From: a virus
Lineage: Duplodnaviria; Heunggongvirae; Uroviricota; Caudoviricetes; Demerecviridae
Strand: one strand, 5' to 3'
IMG/VR virus record: IMGVR_UViG_2706795139_000001
DNA length: 64,000 nucleotides
Shown here: piece by piece, positions 58,156-64,000 of the stretch
Position numbering within the stretch: the first letter of the stretch is position 1
Layout: every line of letters begins with the position of its first letter
Program-made: the position numbers and the translations under genes
Notes under the pieces: model-generated
Databases searched by the model: none
Seen by the model: only the letters and a program-made list of their open reading frames with translations
What the model was told of the DNA's origin: nothing

Positions 58156-58374
58156 TTGATGAGAGGATCAATTATGGCAATGACAATAACACTTCCAAAG
58201 ATTCAAGCAAAACTTAATTTGCTCTCCATAGCAAGAATCAATTACCAGGATAGTATCGGCACTCCAAACCAGAAAGCGTACAAAGATGCGTGGTTGAAAG
58301 AAGCTGCTGATTTAGCTGGTATGGCTGCGCAGTATAGTAAAGAACTCAAAATGGAAATCGCAGATGATGAATAA
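58156..58374 (+). CDS. hypothetical protein (72 aa)
   Basis: ORF track. Confidence 0.45.
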   Translation: MMRGSIMAMTITLPKIQAKLNLLSIARINYQDSIGTPNQKAYKDAWLKEAADLAGMAAQYSKELKMEIADDE

Positions 58375-59338
58375 TGTAAAAGACTTTATTAAACGTTGTC
58401 AAGAAGCGTACTACCAGGGAATGAGTCTTATTTCCGATGAAGAATATGATCGTCTGATTAAAAGATTCCCACTAGAGGAAGAAATCGGACCGAAAGGTGA
58501 TATCCCTCATTTGTATCGTATGTATTCTTTGCAGAAAGTCTATTACGATCGTGGTGATAAAGCTCCATTCAACCCACTTGGTCAGGTTGAAACTGATAAG
58601 TTAGATGGTTGTGCAATTTCTCTGTTATATATTAATGGTGAATTTGTTCAAGCGTTAACTCGTGGTAACGGTATTCTAGGGAATGATGTAACGCATAATG
58701 TTAAAATGCTAAACATCCCCAAAACTATTTCCCAAAAAGTACCAACTCAAATCACTGGTGAAGTTCTCATTACTAAAGAAGTAGAGAACAAACGTAACTA
58801 CGCTTCGGGTGCTATTAACCTGAAAGACAGCGATGATTTCATGCAACGTATTGGTGAAGGTGGTTTAATCTTCGTTGCATATGGTATCCAGTGTTCAGCG
58901 GAAACAGTCGGTATTACAGAAGCCTATTTAAAAGATATGCTTTGGCTAGAGAATGAGAACTTCTTGACAGTTGTTAATGTTCGTTCCTTCTTTAAGTGGA
59001 TTCCGACGGATGGTAAAGTTGTTCGTATTAATGATAACAACAAATTCTTCCGTGAAGGTTGGACTAATAAATTTCCTCGTGGTGCATTTGCTATTAAAGA
59101 GGATGAAGAAGGCGAAATTACCACACTTGTTAAAGTTGAATGGCAAGTAGGGGCTTCTGGTAAAGTAACTCCAGTTGGTTATTTCGAACCGGTAATTATT
59201 GATGATGCTACGATTGTTAAAGCGACTCTTAATAACGTTGATTATATTAACTCTCTCGATCTAGAGATCGGTTGCCAGATTCGAGTGATTCGTGCCGGTG
59301 GTGTAATCCCGTGCATAGTAGAGCGAGTATACGATTAA
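58364..59338 (+). CDS. ligA: NAD-dependent DNA ligase, N-terminal part (Ia + adenylation + OB domains)
   Basis: KxDG adenylation motif ETDKLDGCAISLLY, TRGNGILGNDVT. Confidence 0.8.
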   Translation: MMNNVKDFIKRCQEAYYQGMSLISDEEYDRLIKRFPLEEEIGPKGDIPHLYRMYSLQKVYYDRGDKAPFNPLGQVETDKLDGCAISLLYINGEFVQALTRGNGILGNDVTHNVKMLNIPKTISQKVPTQITGEVLITKEVENKRNYASGAINLKDSDDFMQRIGEGGLIFVAYGIQCSAETVGITEAYLKDMLWLENENFLTVVNVRSFFKWIPTDGKVVRINDNNKFFREGWTNKFPRGAFAIKEDEEGEITTLVKVEWQVGASGKVTPVGYFEPVIIDDATIVKATLNNVDYINSLDLEIGCQIRVIRAGGVIPCIVERVYD

Positions 59339-59481
59339 TACATAACCCTTTGCTACCCATCTACCATATCGGAATTATAAAGTGGTTATTGACATTTTCG
59401 CCGCTTAGGTATATACTATTATCATTCAGTTGAGGGATAGAAAGTTATGGCGAGGGTAAGCAAAGTTAGTTAAAATTGTAG

Positions 59482-59510
59482 TTGCTAAATGCTTAAATAC
59501 TTGCTATAAT
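59482..59510 (+). promoter_or_regulatory. T5-type promoter TTGCTA-17-TATAAT between ligase halves
   Basis: exact hexamers. Confidence 0.6.
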
Positions 59511-59537
59511 ATTTATATAAATTGATAAGGAAGAAAT

Positions 59538-60320
59538 TTGATGAAAATCGAAATTCCAACACAATGTCCCTCTTGTGGTTCTAAGCTAGATCTTGTCAAC
59601 GGACAATTATTCTGCCGTAATAAGTCCAACTGTCCAGCGCAATCAAGTAAGTTAATCGAGAACTTCTGCACAAAAATGAAGTTAAAGGGCTTTGGCCCGA
59701 AAACTATTGAGAAGCTGGAGCTGACTAAGATCTCAGAACTGTTTTACCTGACCGAAGAAGATTTGGTAGGAGCTGTGGGTAGCAAGGTTGCCGCTAAGTT
59801 AATTAGCGAATTAAATACTAAAGTTCGCGGAGACATTGACTTTGGTTCAGTTCTCGGTTCTTTAGGAATTCCTCTTATTGGAGAGGTTGCAGCAAAGAAA
59901 CTGTCCCAAAATTGCACTAGCTTCCACGATGTGAAGGCTGACGGCAAGGCTGGAGAAAATTACAAAACCTGGCTAAATTCCCCACAAGGCAAGGATGTTA
60001 TTGAACTACCGTGGAAATTCTCAACTGGTATTAAAGGTGCTAAAGCTGAGGTCATCATTACTGATGGTCTAGTAGCCCAACCAAACGGAATAACGGTATG
60101 TATTACCGGATCTTTGCAAGATTTTGCAAATAGAACGGATGCAACAAACTATTTAGAAGGTCTAGGATATACGGTTAAGAAATCCGTTACCAAAGACGTC
60201 AAATACCTAATCTGTGAGGATGAATCGAAGCGTTCTTCCTCATCTTATAAGAAAGCCGAAACGAATGGGATAGAAATCCTGTCGATTAAAGAACTATTGG
60301 AGAAAAATAATAATGTCTAA
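59538..60320 (+). CDS. ligA: NAD-dependent DNA ligase, C-terminal part (Zn finger, HhH, BRCT)
   Basis: CPSCGS..CRNKSNCPAQ zinc finger; GFGPKTIEKL HhH; C-terminal BRCT-like. Confidence 0.75.
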   Translation: MMKIEIPTQCPSCGSKLDLVNGQLFCRNKSNCPAQSSKLIENFCTKMKLKGFGPKTIEKLELTKISELFYLTEEDLVGAVGSKVAAKLISELNTKVRGDIDFGSVLGSLGIPLIGEVAAKKLSQNCTSFHDVKADGKAGENYKTWLNSPQGKDVIELPWKFSTGIKGAKAEVIITDGLVAQPNGITVCITGSLQDFANRTDATNYLEGLGYTVKKSVTKDVKYLICEDESKRSSSSYKKAETNGIEILSIKELLEKNNNV

Positions 60321-61080
60321 ACTGAACTGGAACGTAGAAGGTGTAACCGAGTCTCTGAAAGCAAAAGCCACTGCTCTGGGTGTTGCTGTAATCTCTCAAG
60401 AACAAGTAGCTGCTATCGCTGCTGAACTGGCTGCTGAAACTGGCAAAGACGTTACCGCTCGCTCTGTTGGCTCTAAGCTGCGTAAAGAAGGTTTCGAAGT
60501 ACAGAAAGCTAACGAAGTACAGAAATCTCCGTGGACTCCTGAGCAGGAAGCTGAGCTGGTTGATTTCCTGAACGCTCATGCTGGTCAGTATACTTATGCT
60601 GAAATCGCTGCTGCTGTAGCTGGTGGTCAGTTCGGTGCTAAACAGGTACAGGGTAAGATCCTGAGTCTGGAAATGACCGCTTCTGTTAAACCAACTGAAA
60701 AAGCTGCTGCTGTTCGTTCCTTCACTCCGGATGAAGAAACTGATTTTGTTAATCAGGTTGTTGCTGGTGCTACTATTGAAGCTATCGCTGCTCACTTCGG
60801 TCGTAATATCAAACAGATCCGTGGTAAAGCTCTGAGTCTGCTTCGTGAAGGTCGTATTGCTGCTATGCCGGTACAGGAAACTTCAAGTGCTAAAACTCGT
60901 GAAGATCTGTTAGAAGGTCTGGATCTGGCTAACATGACCGTTGCTGAGATCGCTGAGAAAACTGGTAAGTCTGAGCGTGGTGTTAAATCTATGCTGTCTC
61001 GTCGTGGTCTGGTTGCTAAGGACTATGATGGTGCCGCTAAGCGTGCTAAACTGGATGCAAAAGCTGCGGCTGCTGAATAA
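60313..61080 (+). CDS. Ala-rich, codon-optimised abundant protein (255 aa), possibly DNA-binding
   Basis: strong bias to CTG/GCT/CGT codons unlike neighbours. Confidence 0.55.
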   Translation: MSKLNWNVEGVTESLKAKATALGVAVISQEQVAAIAAELAAETGKDVTARSVGSKLRKEGFEVQKANEVQKSPWTPEQEAELVDFLNAHAGQYTYAEIAAAVAGGQFGAKQVQGKILSLEMTASVKPTEKAAAVRSFTPDEETDFVNQVVAGATIEAIAAHFGRNIKQIRGKALSLLREGRIAAMPVQETSSAKTREDLLEGLDLANMTVAEIAEKTGKSERGVKSMLSRRGLVAKDYDGAAKRAKLDAKAAAAE

Positions 61081-61139
61081 TTAGAAGGCAGATAAGGAGA
61101 ACTTCGGTTCTCCTTTCTTGTATATTAGAAGGCTACATA

Positions 61140-61721
61140 ATGGGGGAGATTACCCAGCAGTATCTTAAAACATTATTAAGATATGAGCCTGATACTGGAA
61201 ATTTTTACTGGCTACCTAGAGAAAATAATCCTGCGTTCAATGCTAAGCACGCTAACAAACCTGCAGGCTATATGCATTCATCAGGCTATATTTATATAAA
61301 GATAACCTTAGAGTCAGGTATACAAAAATCTATGGGAGCACATAGGTGGGCCTTTCTATATATGGAAGGAGAAATCCCTGACAAGGTTGATCATAAAAAT
61401 AGAATTAAAACTGATAATACTTGGAATAACTTACGTGAAGTTACTTCCTCTCAAAATTCCGCTAATAGCTTTATAGGTAACAAGCTAGGCATTCGTAACA
61501 TAGAAGTAACAAAAAATAACACATTTAAAGTAACCATATCTAAAAACTCCAAAGTATTTAGAAAAACCCTAAAAACTCTAGGAGAAGCTCTGTGGTATAG
61601 AGATAAGCTGCTTTTAGCCTTGTACGGAGATTTCGCAGCCCTAGATGCTCTAGATATAGAGAGGGTTAAACCGCAGAATATAGTGGATAACTTTACAGAG
61701 GAGTTGCTAGATAATGTTTAA
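61140..61721 (+). CDS. HNH homing endonuclease (193 aa)
   Basis: VDHKNRIKTDNTWNNLREVTSSQN. Confidence 0.7.
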   Translation: MGEITQQYLKTLLRYEPDTGNFYWLPRENNPAFNAKHANKPAGYMHSSGYIYIKITLESGIQKSMGAHRWAFLYMEGEIPDKVDHKNRIKTDNTWNNLREVTSSQNSANSFIGNKLGIRNIEVTKNNTFKVTISKNSKVFRKTLKTLGEALWYRDKLLLALYGDFAALDALDIERVKPQNIVDNFTEELLDNV

Positions 61722-63180
61722 CGTGCAAGCTGTAGTGTTGAAGATGCTTCTAGCTTCCGAACAGAAGCAAATAGCATTGGAAACATTCTCAAAACTGCAT
61801 AAAGATCATTTTAATGACGCTTTCTCCTCAATTTACCAAGCCGTCCAGAATTATTATAAAAAATATAACACAATGCCGTCCATTGACGCACTGATGCTTG
61901 AGGCTAATAGGAACGCCCGCCTTTCTCAAGCTCTAGTCGTTTTAGCTAACACTCAAATTCCAGAAGTTAGCATGGAACAGGCACTTGAAGTCCTAGAGGC
62001 CGAGTATACGCAGGATTTATTCCTGAAGCTTCTAGAAACAGACGTGCTTCAAGATTTAACAATGCTGGATCAGGGAGAAATTCTTAACCGAGTTGCCTCC
62101 CTTCACTTAAAATTAGAAGAGAAAGTAACGAATACTGGAAAAGTATTCAACGCAGATAACATGCGTATTTTCCAGAGAGAAGAAGATACCAAACTGAATT
62201 TAATCGCTCTTGGTATTTGTAATGAGTTCGACGCTCAAATTGGTTTAGCTCGCACAGAAACGTTACTGCTTGGTGGTTGGCGTGGTACTGGTAAATCCAT
62301 TATCTGTTCAAACATACAGGTTCAGCAATATTTGAATGGAGATATTGCTCCATACTTCTCAATTGAGATGAAAGAACATGAAGTATTTAGACGTAATCTA
62401 GCCATGTTAGCTGGTGTATCAGCACTAGCAATGCGTAATAATACTCTAGAAGGTGCAGCTCTGTTGAGATTAGCCAGAACTAGAGCTAGGATGTTTAATG
62501 GTGGTGAAGAGCTTTTCGATAACTTCGTTAAACAGTACACAATGGCTAAGATGAGTGATTTCTACGATATGGAAAGTAAGCTAATAGAAGGGTATGAACT
62601 ACATACTCCTATGATCATCGTTTACGATCCTGAACTGTCTATTACAACAGTTGACGTAGAATTAAATAAATTAGTTGCTAGATATGGGGATAAAGTTACA
62701 GTAGCTTTACTTGACTATATTAACCAAACCCGACTTCCAGATTCTAAAACCATTGATATGTATGACTGGAAAGAACAGATGGTTGTTAGCTCGTCTTTCA
62801 AATCCCTCTGCCAGAAACATAACGTGGCTGGTGTAGCTCCTTACCAGATTGATCAAGATGGTAGAACACGTATGTCAAAAGGGATTCTTGATTCCGCAGA
62901 CATGGCTGCTAATCTTAATGCTGCAAAAGCTGATAATGGTCAAGGTGCTATTATGTTTGACTTCGTTAAGACCCGTTCTTCTGATAGCGTGAAGTTTATG
63001 CCTAAAATGAACTGGGAAACCCTGCGGATGGATAACACTACCAACCTAGCAATGGAAGATATATCTCAAATGGAAGCTGAGTTCGTTATCCCTATTGAGA
63101 AGGATAAGCCAGCTCAATCTAAACGTGCTAAGAAAGACAAAGCTGAAAATTCAACAGGTGAACAGGCCAGCGATATATGA
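61714..63180 (+). CDS. RecA-fold replicative helicase candidate (DnaB-like C-terminal domain, 488 aa)
   Basis: Walker A GGWRGTGKS; position between ligase and primase. Confidence 0.55.
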   Translation: MFNVQAVVLKMLLASEQKQIALETFSKLHKDHFNDAFSSIYQAVQNYYKKYNTMPSIDALMLEANRNARLSQALVVLANTQIPEVSMEQALEVLEAEYTQDLFLKLLETDVLQDLTMLDQGEILNRVASLHLKLEEKVTNTGKVFNADNMRIFQREEDTKLNLIALGICNEFDAQIGLARTETLLLGGWRGTGKSIICSNIQVQQYLNGDIAPYFSIEMKEHEVFRRNLAMLAGVSALAMRNNTLEGAALLRLARTRARMFNGGEELFDNFVKQYTMAKMSDFYDMESKLIEGYELHTPMIIVYDPELSITTVDVELNKLVARYGDKVTVALLDYINQTRLPDSKTIDMYDWKEQMVVSSSFKSLCQKHNVAGVAPYQIDQDGRTRMSKGILDSADMAANLNAAKADNGQGAIMFDFVKTRSSDSVKFMPKMNWETLRMDNTTNLAMEDISQMEAEFVIPIEKDKPAQSKRAKKDKAENSTGEQASDI

Positions 63181-63710
63181 TAACACAGGAACGACTAAAA
63201 GAACTGTTTGACTACTCCCCAGAGACTGGGGAGTTTATTAGAAAAGTATCTAGAGGCAACCAGAAAGCCGGGAGTATAGTAACTAGAAAGGATTCAAACG
63301 GTTATATAATTATCGGTATAGATGGTAGGGATTATAAAGCCCATCGTATGGCCTTCCTATTTATGGAAAACACGTTACCTGAAAAAGTAGACCATATAAA
63401 CCGTATACGAAGTGATAATCGATGGTGTAATCTAAGAGACGCCACAGCCCAGGAAAATAGTAGAAATAAAACCGCATGTAGTAAGTCTGGATATTTGGGA
63501 GTTGCTTGGGATATAGAAAAACAAAGATGGAGAGTTCAAGTAAGAGACTCTAATAGCACTCTTAAAAATGGTGGCAGATTTAAGTATGAAGAGCTAGAGC
63601 TAGCTGTAAATTCAGCAAATATATTAAGGACTAAGTTACATGGGGAAAATGCTATTCAAGAAATATTCGACCCATCTAATTATCCTGCATTAGAGGAGTT
63701 AAATTCATGA
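63177..63710 (+). CDS. HNH homing endonuclease (177 aa, MITQERLKEL family)
   Basis: VDHINRIRSDNRWCNLRDATAQEN. Confidence 0.7.
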   Translation: MITQERLKELFDYSPETGEFIRKVSRGNQKAGSIVTRKDSNGYIIIGIDGRDYKAHRMAFLFMENTLPEKVDHINRIRSDNRWCNLRDATAQENSRNKTACSKSGYLGVAWDIEKQRWRVQVRDSNSTLKNGGRFKYEELELAVNSANILRTKLHGENAIQEIFDPSNYPALEELNS

Positions 63711-64000
63711 GTAGAATAACAGAGTTACTTGATCTAAAAGGAATTGAGTACAAGGATACAGGCGGGGATATTCTTATATGCTGCCTGAATCCTGAACACG
63801 AGGATAAACACCCAAGTTTGCGTATTGATCCTGAAACCGGGATTATGCACTGCTTGAGTTGCGGTTTTGGCAAAGGTATACCTAGTATTTATCATTATTT
63901 TAATGAGACTCAATATAGACAATCTCCAAGACTATCCCAAGTACGTAAAAAAATTTCTGAGATTAGAAATGGATCTACGAATCTTGCAATCCCAGAATCT
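63707..64000 (+). CDS. DnaG-like DNA primase, N-terminal zinc-binding domain (partial, continues right of window)
   Basis: CCLNPEHEDKHPSLRID..CLSCGFGK resembles CHC2 primase Zn finger; ATGA overlap with HNH stop. Confidence 0.6.
   Translation, partial: MSRITELLDLKGIEYKDTGGDILICCLNPEHEDKHPSLRIDPETGIMHCLSCGFGKGIPSIYHYFNETQYRQSPRLSQVRKKISEIRNGSTNLAIPES

Overview
This window reads as the left arm of a T5-like (Demerecviridae-type) virulent coliphage. That assignment comes from gene content and gene order; no database search was run. It is AT-rich (roughly 40% GC), densely coding and has three transcription blocks. (1) 1-8400 has a few leftward genes, then a repeat/palindrome-rich non-coding region with consensus DnaA boxes (TTATCCACA). 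A 3.3-kb block of rightward genes of unknown function (3308-6232) is bracketed by ~140-bp inverted repeats carrying those DnaA boxes. An array of eight TGTGCAAATCCGAC repeats (6693-7943) follows, wrapped around an HNH endonuclease gene. This resembles what is described for the end of the T5 first-step-transfer / injection-stop region. (2) 8390-46869 is one long leftward early-gene block. Almost every gene has its own T5-style promoter (TTGCTA-17-TATAAT plus a conserved ATAAATTGATGAGAGG leader). It encodes small membrane and hypothetical proteins, two metallophosphatases, a thioredoxin-like protein, holin and L-Ala-D-Glu endolysin, a ClpP-like protease, dNMP kinase, a T5orf172 (GIY-YIG-like) endonuclease and many HNH endonucleases. 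It also holds a tRNA cluster (27-33.4 kb) interspersed with small ORFs, a GrcA-like glycyl-radical cofactor, an SPFH/HflC-like protein, a SleB-like cell-wall hydrolase, RNase H, thyA, DHFR, nrdB, an intein-containing nrdA and phoH. (3) 47103-64000 runs rightward. It starts with a T5orf172 endonuclease and anaerobic RNR nrdD, then small genes including a tandem paralog pair, then a 650-bp non-coding region with tandem promoter-repeat units. Next come a 929-aa helicase-like (origin-binding-like) protein, a two-gene (split) NAD-dependent DNA ligase, a RecA-fold replicative-helicase candidate and the start of DnaG-like primase, with HNH genes interleaved. Nine canonical tRNAs were folded by hand; several oversized or degenerate tRNA-like elements are reported as findings only. 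No CRISPR array, integrase or transposase was seen.
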